From assembly GCA_965208615.1 (NCBI GenBank), contig CBDBPB010000004.1, positions 160,001 to 224,000 of the forward strand: a stretch of 64,000 nucleotides of DNA, in the 5' to 3' direction. Each line of letters starts with the position of its first letter. Position 1 is the stretch's first letter. A program made the position numbers and the translations under genes. This document shows positions 20,866 to 30,809 of the stretch, in pieces. The notes below the pieces were generated by a model. It saw nothing but the letters and a program-made list of their open reading frames with translations. It ran no database searches and had not been told where the DNA came from. This DNA is from Spirochaetota bacterium (GTDB taxonomy: Bacteria > Spirochaetota > UBA6919 > CBDBPB01).

Positions 20866-21032
20866 TATTTTTCCTAAAAAAAGTTATAAAATTATAATAT
20901 AACAAAATTATAGGCAATATATAAAATAGATTTATATAGATATTATATTAGCAAGGGTTTTATAGGGTATAATGTTAATAAGAAATCCCCTAATAATGTG
21001 GATTAAACATTATTAATAAGATAGAAATATTT

Positions 21033-21065
21033 AAAAAAAGTTAGACCTTAAAAAAGGTCAACTTT
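21033..21065 (-). terminator. Rho-independent terminator of the metalloprotease gene
   Basis: Minus strand AAAGTTGACCTT...AAGGTCTAACTTT stem running into a T tract, ~20 bp after the stop at 21084. Confidence 0.7.
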
Positions 21066-21083
21066 AGTAGGTTTTTTAATAGA

Positions 21084-22337
21084 CTAGTTATCTATAACGT
21101 GTACCTTTCTTTCTTTATCCTTAAGGCTATCATCTATTATATAACTATCTTCGGGTTGAACAGACCTTCTTGTTCGACTTGGTTTTCCATATACATAAAT
21201 CTGCGGCTTTGTTTTTATACGCCAGGGATGATAATGAGTCCTATAAAAATATTGATAATAAAAATCTTTGATAAATACATTTATATTATTAATAGGTTTA
21301 TTAATATTAATAGTTTTATAACCCGGGTATTGTGTATAACCATTACCACCATAAACTCCTTTTATTGCTTGAAGTTCGTAGTCATGGGGTTCATCAGGGC
21401 TAGCTGGACTTAAATGGCTATACATAATAAGCCTTCTAAGGTCTATTAGGCCAGATAGTGACTCTAAACTAGGGATAGGGGTAGGGCTACGGGGAAGCTC
21501 TGGCCTGTTTGGGTGTCGTAAACCAAGAAGATGTCCTATTTCATGAGTCATTACTATTTGATTTTTATTTCTATTTTTATTTTTATTTTCAAACTCTTCA
21601 AACTTTGCCTTATTTATTATAACAGTTGCACTGTCTATTATGTTGCCGTAAGTGGTTATTATTGTTATCCCCAGTGTCTTAGGAGTAAAGTTACAGTATT
21701 TTTTTTCTAGCTCTGATATTCCATAACCATTACAATTATAATCTGCTAAAGTAACCCAAAAGCTTGGCCTTAAATACATATTATTACCTTTTTTTATAAG
21801 TACCCTTTTTGTAGTATATTTAGCGTTAGGTATATTTGATTTCCATTTGCTAACAGCATTATTTGTATAGTTGTATAGTTTTGTTTGTTGAACTTTATTT
21901 TCGCCAAGATTTACCTTGCAATCTTTTGGGTCCCACTCACCATTACACTTAGCCTTAGTAGTCTTATCACAAGTAACAACGCCGATATAAGTAGTTGTAC
22001 CTTTTTCTATCTTACAAACTTTAAGGAACTTATCTTCTAAGTATTTTAATCTTTTTTCTGCTTCTTTTAATCTTTTTTCTGCTTCTTTTAATCTTTTTTC
22101 TGCTTCTTTTAATCTTTCTTTTGCTTCTGCTGTTTTTGATTCATCAGAATTTGCGTTTTCAACCTCTTTCTCTGCATCTTCAACCTCTTTCTCTGCATCT
22201 TTAACCTCTTTATCTGCTTTGTCTAACAGACTTTCAACATTTTTATCACAATTACCCAGAGCCTCACAGGATATATCATCCTCTCCGCATCCTATTAGTA
22301 AAAGTAAAGTTAGTAAAATAAAGAATATCTTTTTCAT
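21084..22337 (-). CDS. lipoprotein zinc metalloprotease (metzincin/matrixin-like) with heptad-repeat stalk
   Basis: LLLIGC lipobox; HEIGHLLGLRH zinc motif and downstream Met-turn (LIMYS); EAEKRLK and DAEKEVE repeats. Confidence 0.8.
   Translation of the reverse strand: MKKIFFILLTLLLLIGCGEDDISCEALGNCDKNVESLLDKADKEVKDAEKEVEDAEKEVENANSDESKTAEAKERLKEAEKRLKEAEKRLKEAEKRLKYLEDKFLKVCKIEKGTTTYIGVVTCDKTTKAKCNGEWDPKDCKVNLGENKVQQTKLYNYTNNAVSKWKSNIPNAKYTTKRVLIKKGNNMYLRPSFWVTLADYNCNGYGISELEKKYCNFTPKTLGITIITTYGNIIDSATVIINKAKFEEFENKNKNRNKNQIVMTHEIGHLLGLRHPNRPELPRSPTPIPSLESLSGLIDLRRLIMYSHLSPASPDEPHDYELQAIKGVYGGNGYTQYPGYKTININKPINNINVFIKDFYYQYFYRTHYHPWRIKTKPQIYVYGKPSRTRRSVQPEDSYIIDDSLKDKERKVHVIDN
22044..22218. 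repeat. two blocks of 21-bp coding tandem repeats (about 4x EAEKRLK, 3x DAEKEVE-like)
   Basis: TTTTAATCTTTTTTCTGCTTC and TTCAACCTCTTTCTCTGCATC units. Confidence 0.9.
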
Positions 22338-22516
22338 GATTTCAATCTATTATATTTGTTAGTTAGATTTGAACTTTTATTATTAAGCTCATTAAAAGTA
22401 TATAGTAACAGTTTATTTATAATATTCAAGGAAAAAAGCTTAAATTTATTTCAAAAGGTATAACTATATTTTAATAATAGGTTTTAATATTCTCAATTTG
22501 GCATATCTAAACATAA

Positions 22517-23108
22517 TGTTAATAATTGTTCTAGTGGTATAGAGCAAAAGTATTCTAAGTTAGTTTATCTTTTTAAACTTCCTAAAATGCGGATAAAATC
22601 TATTTAGCAATTGTGTTATAATAATTTTTTATCTAAAAGCTATAGTAATTAGTAACTGGGGAGGATGGCGTTTTTTTTTTTTGATATTAGGTTATTTAAG
22701 GGGATATTATTTAATAATTTAGTTATCATTTTATGATAGAGTTATGGTTAGTCATACAGGGTAAAAAGGCAAGACATATAACGTAAAGGGAAGTGAATTC
22801 CAGATTTCTTTGTGGAACAGGAAAGTTAAGATATTTATGAAAAAGTTATTTTCTTGTGTCAAGCAGGTTATCCCTTTATGCTCTTTAAGTGCTGTTTAAA
22901 TGCCTTAGCAATGAACACAAAATATCACTTTTTATGCAAGTAGTCATCACTACGAGAGCTATTAAGAATCCCTTACTGAGACTAAGGATTATAGACCTTT
23001 ATTAAGTGATAACGGATTTGCCGTTCCATAAAAGCTTAGAGCAGATTATTGGAATATTCTATATTGACTTTATGTGTAAAACTTCAGAAAGTATACCAAT
23101 CCTCTATG
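22517..23108 (+). mobile_element. dispersed non-coding repeat, copy B (left end plus conserved core; other flanks diverged)
   Basis: 22517-22580 matches the element's left end; 22697-23108 is near-identical to 40844-41255; only weak right-end similarity out to ~23230. Confidence 0.6.
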
Positions 23109-23436
23109 TGTTAAATACCTTAAGCTGACTCCTATAAAAAGTAACTTGCGTCTTGAACAACATAATAAAACCTCTCGTAATATCACTAAAATATTCCATA
23201 ATAACTAATAATATATAGCAAAACTACTTATATATAAATATTGACAAATTAAAAAAATTATTTATATTTTTAATTTTTATGTTATTATAACTATTAGGTT
23301 ATTAAAAAAAAATACTAACCCTTATAATGACTAATATATATTAACTCCTTAGCCTGTTTTATAATAACTTGTTAAAAATATCTAATAGAAATATCACTTG
23401 ACAATATATACATAAATACCTTAGCTAACTAATAAA

Positions 23437-24468
23437 ATGAAAAATAAACCATCAAAAAGTATACATAAATTAAAAATAAAAAACCTTGTTAAAAATAATA
23501 AAAAACTCTTAAAATTAATGATCATTAGTTCCTTATTAATACTACCTATAAGCTTATATTACTACCTTAATACTCATTCGCAAATTAATAGACTAATAAA
23601 AAATAAAAACTATACGAAAGCAATCAAACTAATAAATAACCTTCTTAAAAAAAATGCAAATGATCCATTTGCACTAAAAGCAAAAGGACAAGTCTACTTT
23701 ATCACAACTCTATATAATTTAAATCCCAATGATAATGAAAAATTACTTGATCAATCCATAAAGTTTTTATTACTATTACAAAAAAACAATAAAGAATATA
23801 TAAAAAGTGATACCTACTTTTTTATAGGATGCCTACACTTCATTAAAGCACAGTTATACCAAAATGAATACTATTATACAGATGCCCTTAAGTATCTTAA
23901 AAAAAGCTATAAGCTAAATCAAAAAGATAAAGAAACTAAAAAATATATAAAAGAAAACGGATTTAAACTCCCTCTTAATGAAAAATTATACTCCATATCA
24001 TTATTAGGGTTAATAGGATATATATCCTATAATACCGGGGATTATAATAAAGCAGTCTTATACTTCGAAAAAGCCGTTAAAGAAAAAAGCTCCCCTTATA
24101 TATATTATCTCTATTTAGCTCTGGCATACAAAGAAATGGATAATTATAATAAAGCAATTGAAAATATGCTAATTGTTATTAATAATGAAAAAAAGACTGA
24201 TATTTTAGAACAAAGTTATTATATTCTAAGTAAAATATTTATACTAAAAAAAGAGTATTCAAAAGCTGAAAAATATATTAAAAAAATACAACAACTCTTT
24301 TTAACAGCTGAAAGCTATTATCAGCTCGGCCTTATATATGAAGCTAAAAATAATCTTGATAAGGCTATTGGCTTTTGGAAAAGTGCAATCAAAAAAGATC
24401 CTAACCATAGTGGATCAATACAAAAATTGTTGCAGTTTGTTAAAAAAAAGCAAATAATTTTAAGGTAA
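23437..24468 (+). CDS. tetratricopeptide repeat protein with N-terminal TM anchor
   Basis: Repeated TPR patterns (YNKAVLYFEKAV, AESYYQLGLIY..KAIGFWKSAI). Confidence 0.85.
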   Translation: MKNKPSKSIHKLKIKNLVKNNKKLLKLMIISSLLILPISLYYYLNTHSQINRLIKNKNYTKAIKLINNLLKKNANDPFALKAKGQVYFITTLYNLNPNDNEKLLDQSIKFLLLLQKNNKEYIKSDTYFFIGCLHFIKAQLYQNEYYYTDALKYLKKSYKLNQKDKETKKYIKENGFKLPLNEKLYSISLLGLIGYISYNTGDYNKAVLYFEKAVKEKSSPYIYYLYLALAYKEMDNYNKAIENMLIVINNEKKTDILEQSYYILSKIFILKKEYSKAEKYIKKIQQLFLTAESYYQLGLIYEAKNNLDKAIGFWKSAIKKDPNHSGSIQKLLQFVKKKQIILR

Positions 24469-24480
24469 TAAGTAGGTAAT

Positions 24481-25515
24481 ATGTTATTCGATAATCTATT
24501 AGGTGTATTCTCCAACGATATGGGTATTGACTTAGGTACTGCTAATACCCTTATCCATGTAAAAAGTCATGGTGTGGTTCTATCTGAACCCAGTGTAGTA
24601 GCCGTTCACGTGGGAAGTAGAAAAGCTTTGGCTGTTGGACGAGAAGCTAAATATATGCTCGGCAGAACTCCAAAAGATATTGTTGCAATAAGACCTATGA
24701 GAGATGGTGTTATTGCTGACTTCGACATTGTAGAAGAAATGATTCGTCACTTTATCAAAAAAGTACACAATAGACGTATATTTATTCGTCCCAGAGTAGT
24801 AATTGGTATTCCATCTGGTATTACAGAAGTAGAAAAACGTGCTGTAAAAGAATCCGCAGAACAAGCCGGAGCAAGAGAAGTCTATCTTATTGAAGAATCA
24901 TTCGCCGCCGCTATTGGAGCTAATGTACCAATTCAAGAACCTGCAGGAAATATGGTAATGGATATTGGAGGCGGTACTACAGAAGTTAGTGTAATATCAC
25001 TTGGTGGAATGGTTATATCAAAATCCATTAGACTAGGGGGTAATGAATTTGACGAAACCTTAATAAGTTACGTTAAAAAAGAACACGGACTTGTAATAGG
25101 TGAACGAACTGCTGAAGAAGTAAAAATTAGATTGGGTGTTGCATATTTAGAAAGAAATAAAAAACATGATGTAATAGAAATTCGAGGTAGAGATTCTGCC
25201 AGCGGACTACCAAGAGTTTTAGAAATGGATAGTCTTGAAATACGAAATTGTTTTGATGATCCACTTAATCAAATTTTAGATGTCCTTAGAAGTACTCTGG
25301 ATGAGACTCCTGCAGAGTTAGCCGCAGATATAGTCGAACGTGGTATTACTATGACAGGCGGAGGATCCTTACTTAGAGGTTTTCCAAAATTAATTTCTAA
25401 AGAAACTGGTGTCCCTGTTATTCTGGCAGAAAATCCTTTGCACTGTGTTGTTTTAGGAACAGGAAAGTTCTTAGAAGAAATGAATAAGTTTAATTATTCA
25501 AACTTTCAGCAATAG
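24481..25515 (+). CDS. mreB: rod shape-determining protein MreB
   Basis: [24 protein letters not shown]. Confidence 0.98.
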   Translation: MLFDNLLGVFSNDMGIDLGTANTLIHVKSHGVVLSEPSVVAVHVGSRKALAVGREAKYMLGRTPKDIVAIRPMRDGVIADFDIVEEMIRHFIKKVHNRRIFIRPRVVIGIPSGITEVEKRAVKESAEQAGAREVYLIEESFAAAIGANVPIQEPAGNMVMDIGGGTTEVSVISLGGMVISKSIRLGGNEFDETLISYVKKEHGLVIGERTAEEVKIRLGVAYLERNKKHDVIEIRGRDSASGLPRVLEMDSLEIRNCFDDPLNQILDVLRSTLDETPAELAADIVERGITMTGGGSLLRGFPKLISKETGVPVILAENPLHCVVLGTGKFLEEMNKFNYSNFQQ

Positions 25516-25639
25516 TAATATCAAATAGCAAAAAAGACTAATTTTACCTTATTCTTTACTACTTAATAATAAAACATTTTTACATACCTAATATTCGTTT
25601 TATATATATTTAATGTTCCACTATCAAAAAGGCTGACTT

Positions 25640-26560
25640 ATGTTTACTTTTTTTTTACAGAAGAATAAAAATATCTTAGTTTTTATTCTTTTAATTTCTA
25701 TATCCATGTCATTTATTTCATATAAAACAAATATAGTACATACTAATATCTCTGGTATTCTGTTAACTATTACTGCTCCTATATATAATGTACTCCACTA
25801 TGTTTATGCCCCAATTAAATCTATAGTAAATGGTATAATTAACTTTACTGATAAAATAGAAGATATGAAAAAAGCACAGATAGAAATCGAAAAAAAACAA
25901 AGACTTTTTGCTGATTATGAACTGCTGTTAGAAGAAAACCAAAGACTTAAAAAAATATTGGACTATAAAAAAGACTATAACGCAAAAGGCGGATTATTTG
26001 ATAAAAATTATTCCATCAAAATGGCAGAAATCATAATGAAAGATCCCCAGTCTCATTATAAAACTTTAATTATAAATAAAGGCTCATCCCATGGTATTTA
26101 CGTTAATATGCCTGTAGTGGCTATTCAGAAAGTAAAACAAATAGACAATAAAGAAAACTATGAAAGTGTTGTTGTTGGAAAGGTTATTCAAACTAGCCTT
26201 TTTGCATCTAAAATAATTCCCATAATCGATAAGAGATGTATTATATATGCCACACTTAAAAAGTCTAAATACCCTGGAATTATACAAGGAAAAAATGAAC
26301 TAAAAAAAGAGTTGGCTATGACACATATTGATAAATCTGCTACTATTGTTAAAAATGATGAGGTTATAACATCAGGGGGAAAAAGTATATTCCCAAAGGG
26401 GCTTAAAATAGGTTATGTTAAAAAGGATAGTTCTACGACTTCTAGCTTTATGAAAGAGATTATTGTTATCCCATATCTTAACTTGTCAAAATTAAAAACT
26501 GTGGTATTAATTAATAAACCTATACCAAAAGACTTACAGGAACTTATTAAAGAAAAATGA
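25640..26560 (+). CDS. mreC: rod shape-determining protein MreC
   Basis: ENQRLKKIL, INKGSSHG, VITSG..FPKGLKIG; follows mreB. Confidence 0.93.
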   Translation: MFTFFLQKNKNILVFILLISISMSFISYKTNIVHTNISGILLTITAPIYNVLHYVYAPIKSIVNGIINFTDKIEDMKKAQIEIEKKQRLFADYELLLEENQRLKKILDYKKDYNAKGGLFDKNYSIKMAEIIMKDPQSHYKTLIINKGSSHGIYVNMPVVAIQKVKQIDNKENYESVVVGKVIQTSLFASKIIPIIDKRCIIYATLKKSKYPGIIQGKNELKKELAMTHIDKSATIVKNDEVITSGGKSIFPKGLKIGYVKKDSSTTSSFMKEIIVIPYLNLSKLKTVVLINKPIPKDLQELIKEK

Positions 26561-27063
26561 TAGGCTATTTATTTAGATTTTTTATAATACTTATAGCTGT
26601 ATTAATACAAACAACCATTCTAGAAGATATTAAAATTATTAATGCAAAGCTTGATCTAGTTTTAATATTAACCACTTATTTCGCTTTTATAGGTGGTATT
26701 ATGCTTGGACAAACTTCAGGGTTTACTGGGGGTTTATTAGAAGATATTTTTGGCAACCCTGATCTTACTGGTATTTCGACTCTTATTAAGACTATTATTG
26801 GTTTTGGAGTTGGAAACTTATATAAGCGTGTATATACGGCAAATTTTATTTCAATCTTCACTATTATTTTGATTGTAACAACAGTTAAGGCAATTTTATT
26901 TATTTTAATAAATCATTTTTTTAGTAGTCCTTGGACTTGGATAGATATATACGGATATTTTAAAGATACCTTATTGATAGAGCTTTTATTGAATTCTATT
27001 GTAGCACCGTTTATTTTTTCTGGTTTAAATAAATTAAACCTAAACATAAAAAAAGAGGATTAG
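26557..27063 (+). CDS. mreD: rod shape-determining protein MreD
   Basis: Hydrophobic, DLVLIL..GFTGGLLED; ATGA-coupled to mreC. Confidence 0.9.
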   Translation: MIGYLFRFFIILIAVLIQTTILEDIKIINAKLDLVLILTTYFAFIGGIMLGQTSGFTGGLLEDIFGNPDLTGISTLIKTIIGFGVGNLYKRVYTANFISIFTIILIVTTVKAILFILINHFFSSPWTWIDIYGYFKDTLLIELLLNSIVAPFIFSGLNKLNLNIKKED

Positions 27064-27072
27064 GAATACATT

Positions 27073-29238
27073 TTGAAAGATATATATAAGCCTAATATTA
27101 AAAAAAACTTTACAAGGCGTATTTACGCTTTAGTAGGAGTTTTCTTATTAATTCTTATTTTATTAGTTTTAAAGATAGGCTATATTCAGGTGGTTAAAGA
27201 GGACTATTACCAAAAGTTTGCTCAAGGACAAGTAGAACAGAGGGTGCCTATTAGAGCTACCAGAGGGCTAATTTATGATAGAAATGGTGAACTAATCGTT
27301 GATAATAGACGCGGCTATTCTGTATTTATTATACCAGCATACTTTCCTAAAAACAAAATAAAAAGAGAAAAGTTAATTAAATATTTAGCTTCTACACTAA
27401 ATATAACCATTAATGACATTAAAAACAAGATTGAAATTAAGGATAGATATTTACAAAATAAATATACTCCCGTTCTTCTTAAGCGTGACATAAATAGCAA
27501 TATTGCTTTTATTCTAAAAGAAAATGAAGACTACTTTGAGGGAGTAGAAGTTAATGTTATCCCCATGAGGCGATATTTAATGGGTAATAATCTTGCACAT
27601 ATCCTTGGTTATACTGGTATTATTGACTCAAAAACATGGTCAGCCTATAAAAAGATATATAGTGATGAAAATCCTTATGAGGATAAAAACATTGCTATTG
27701 GTAAGCGTGGTCTTGAAAAGGGTATGGATTTACAATTAAGAGGAAAAGATGGTGTTGCTGTTAGGTTAGTTGACTCCAGAGGAAAGCCTATAGACGCTAA
27801 TGTTGACTCTAGAGAAAAACTAATAATAGAGTCTAAAAGTGTTATAAAAAAGCCTTTTGGTGGTAAACAAATATATTTGACTATTGATAAAAAACTCCAA
27901 AGTGTAGCAAAAGATTCTTTAAACGGAAAAAGAGGCGTAGTTATTATATCTAAGCCTTCTAATGGTGAAATATTAGCTTTAGTTAGCAATCCTTCATTTG
28001 ATCCTAAAATATTTATTAAAAGACAAGCTAGGTTAATTAAAGAGTTGGATGAACGACCTGATACACCATGGTTTAATAGAGCCATTAATGGAGCTTATGC
28101 CCCCAGTTCTGTTTTTAAGTTAGTTGTTGCATTAGCGGCTCTAGATGGTAAAGGTATTAATCCTAATAAAAAGTTTAATTGTACTGGTATGGTAGCGGCT
28201 GGAAATCGTTATTTTAGGTGTCATGCAATACACGGTAGACTTAATATGATACAGGCTATTAGAGATTCTTGTAATTCTTATTTCTATCAGCTGGGGGATG
28301 AAATAGGATGGAATATTATTTATAAATATGCCACTATGTTTAACCTCACTAAACCTTATGAACTATTTAAAGGAATGAGGATTACAGGTTTTGTCCCCAA
28401 TGCTAAACTAAAGAAAAAAAACTATAATGAACCTTGGTATAAAGGAGACACTTTTAATCACTCTATAGGACAAGGTTATACTTTATTACCTCCTTTAAAG
28501 GTTCATAATATTATATCTGCAATAGCAGGTGATGGAGTTTTATATAAGCTTAAATTAATAAAAAAGATAGTTGGCCCAAATAACAAAGAAGGAACTATTG
28601 AACCAAAGCCTATTCTTTTGCAAAAAAAGTTTATCTCTGACTCAACACTAAAAACTTTAAAACAAGCTGTACTAAGCGTAGTAACCCACGGAACTGCTAG
28701 CTACTATGGAAAGTTTTCAAAAACTTATTTGATTGCTGGTAAAACAGGAACTGCCCAAAATGCTAATAATCACCCCCATGCATGGTTTAGTGCTTATGCT
28801 CCATATAATTCAAAATCTCCAGATGACAGAATTGTAGTTACCGTCTTAGTTGAAAACACTCCAAAAGGTGGAGGTGGAACAATAGCAGCTCCTATTGCTA
28901 CTGCCATTATTAAGTATTATTTTGAAGGTACCTCTTTAGCTCAAACTCAAAAAGAAATGGGCAGAATCGACCTTTTTAATATTAAAGTTAATAACAACGA
29001 AAATCAAAATGATAATAAGAAAAAAGATTTATTAAATAATTCCTTAAATAAAAAATACCTCAAAAATACTACTAATAAACCAAAACCTAAATATATTAAA
29101 CCTAAAAGGATAAAAAAATATAGACTAAAAAATATTAAAAAGAAGACTAAACATAAAAAAAATAAAACCTTAGCTACTAAACAAAATCAAAAAACCAATA
29201 CAAAAAATGAAAAAAATAAGATAGCTAAAGATTCTTAA
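27073..29238 (+). CDS. mrdA: penicillin-binding protein 2
   Basis: RGLIYDRNG, SVFK (SxxK), SCN (SxN), KTGTAQ; Lys-rich C-terminal extension. Confidence 0.93.
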   Translation: MKDIYKPNIKKNFTRRIYALVGVFLLILILLVLKIGYIQVVKEDYYQKFAQGQVEQRVPIRATRGLIYDRNGELIVDNRRGYSVFIIPAYFPKNKIKREKLIKYLASTLNITINDIKNKIEIKDRYLQNKYTPVLLKRDINSNIAFILKENEDYFEGVEVNVIPMRRYLMGNNLAHILGYTGIIDSKTWSAYKKIYSDENPYEDKNIAIGKRGLEKGMDLQLRGKDGVAVRLVDSRGKPIDANVDSREKLIIESKSVIKKPFGGKQIYLTIDKKLQSVAKDSLNGKRGVVIISKPSNGEILALVSNPSFDPKIFIKRQARLIKELDERPDTPWFNRAINGAYAPSSVFKLVVALAALDGKGINPNKKFNCTGMVAAGNRYFRCHAIHGRLNMIQAIRDSCNSYFYQLGDEIGWNIIYKYATMFNLTKPYELFKGMRITGFVPNAKLKKKNYNEPWYKGDTFNHSIGQGYTLLPPLKVHNIISAIAGDGVLYKLKLIKKIVGPNNKEGTIEPKPILLQKKFISDSTLKTLKQAVLSVVTHGTASYYGKFSKTYLIAGKTGTAQNANNHPHAWFSAYAPYNSKSPDDRIVVTVLVENTPKGGGGTIAAPIATAIIKYYFEGTSLAQTQKEMGRIDLFNIKVNNNENQNDNKKKDLLNNSLNKKYLKNTTNKPKPKYIKPKRIKKYRLKNIKKKTKHKKNKTLATKQNQKTNTKNEKNKIAKDS

Positions 29239-29324
29239 TTTTTTATTTATCCAAAAATAGATATAAATTAGACTGGAATAGCTATTAATTAATTTACTAC
29301 TTTTATCATTAATACGGCGGAAAA

Positions 29325-30803
29325 ATGACTTTTAACAAAAGTAAAACCTTTAACTTTAGTATAGATGTCATACTCATAGGAGTTATGGCTATTCTTATTG
29401 TAATAGGTATTGCTTTTATATATAGTGCAGAGAGTTATCATGATCAAAATAGTTCTATTTTATCGCAGTCATATATAAAACAGTTGATATTTTTAATACC
29501 AGGCATTCTATTATTTATTTTTTTCGTATTTATTAACTATCAAAAAATTACAAGGGTTGCATTACTTAGTTATCTAGTTATAATTACGTTGCTTATTTTA
29601 GTACTTCTCATAGGTAAGAGAGTTCATGGAGCAAAAAGCTGGTTTAACTTCTTTGGATTATTTGCTTTTCAGCCTTCTGAAATAGCTAAGTTATTTTTAA
29701 TATTTATCCTCGCTAAATATATAGATAAGATTGGTAAGGATATTACCAGACTCCATCATTTTCTTATATGTGTAGCAATATCTTTACCTCCTACTTTTTT
29801 AGTGATTATCCAGCCCGATTTAGGGACTGCTTTAGTATATATCCCCATTACCTTGGCTATGTTATTTATTGGTGGAGCAAAAATACGCCATTTAATAGTA
29901 ACCATTGCTATAGGACTGATTGCTATTTCTATTGGAATATTTAGTAATTACCAGCTTAAACTCAATGAAAAATATATTCCAAAAGATAAAATTGATGCTA
30001 TGGTCAAAAATAGCTATATATATTCCAATATTTTAAGTAGCTCTGACATAAAAGAACTTAAAAAAGTAAAAATTAATAATATATCTAATATAAAAGCCCT
30101 TAGAAAAGCCGTTAAAAAAAAGATAAAGGTACTAAAGAAAATTGTTATTTATAAGACCGTAAAACTTAGTATTATATTTTTACTTGCTGGTATAGTTGTT
30201 TTCACTTTTGCTAACTTATTAAAGGTTAAGATATTAAATACTATAACCCTGGTATTATTAGTATTTGCTATAGGCTTATTAAGCTCTATTATTTCCCAGT
30301 CAACGTTAAAACCACACCATACAACAAGAATATTAAGTTTTATCGATCAAGACAAGGATCCAAAAGGAGTTGGCTATAATCAAAGACAAAGTATTATTGC
30401 TATTGGTTCAGGAGGTGCTACTGGACATGGTTGGCTTCAAGGACCACAAAATCGTCTTAATTTTATCCCAGAAAAGAAAACTGACTTTATCTTTGCTGTT
30501 ATCCTTGAAGAATTAGGGTTTTTAAAAGGTACTATTCTTATTATTTTTCTCTATTCGGTCTTAATTTATAAGGGATTTATTATTGCCTATAACTCAAAAG
30601 ACCATTTTGGAACCCTTATTGCAACCGGAATAACAACAATGTTTTTCATTCATATATTCATAAATATAGGTATGTGTATAGGTATTCTCCCTGTAATGGG
30701 TATACCTCTTCCTTTTCTTAGTTCAGGAGGGTCATCCCTTATCACAAACATAATAGGTATTGCATTACTAGTCAATATAGACAATAGAAAATATGTTCAT
30801 TAA
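29325..30803 (+). CDS. rodA: SEDS glycosyltransferase RodA
   Basis: FQPSEIAK, QPDLGT, AIGSGG, TDFIFAV, GIPLPFLSSGGSS. Confidence 0.95.
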   Translation: MTFNKSKTFNFSIDVILIGVMAILIVIGIAFIYSAESYHDQNSSILSQSYIKQLIFLIPGILLFIFFVFINYQKITRVALLSYLVIITLLILVLLIGKRVHGAKSWFNFFGLFAFQPSEIAKLFLIFILAKYIDKIGKDITRLHHFLICVAISLPPTFLVIIQPDLGTALVYIPITLAMLFIGGAKIRHLIVTIAIGLIAISIGIFSNYQLKLNEKYIPKDKIDAMVKNSYIYSNILSSSDIKELKKVKINNISNIKALRKAVKKKIKVLKKIVIYKTVKLSIIFLLAGIVVFTFANLLKVKILNTITLVLLVFAIGLLSSIISQSTLKPHHTTRILSFIDQDKDPKGVGYNQRQSIIAIGSGGATGHGWLQGPQNRLNFIPEKKTDFIFAVILEELGFLKGTILIIFLYSVLIYKGFIIAYNSKDHFGTLIATGITTMFFIHIFINIGMCIGILPVMGIPLPFLSSGGSSLITNIIGIALLVNIDNRKYVH

Positions 30804-30809
30804 TTAAGT

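Noticed and set aside
22837-22899. 20-aa peptide MKKLFSCVKQVIPLCSLSAV in the repeat core (type I toxin-like idea)
   Set aside because: ATG is ACG in copy A, the RBS spacing is poor and there is no clear TM helix
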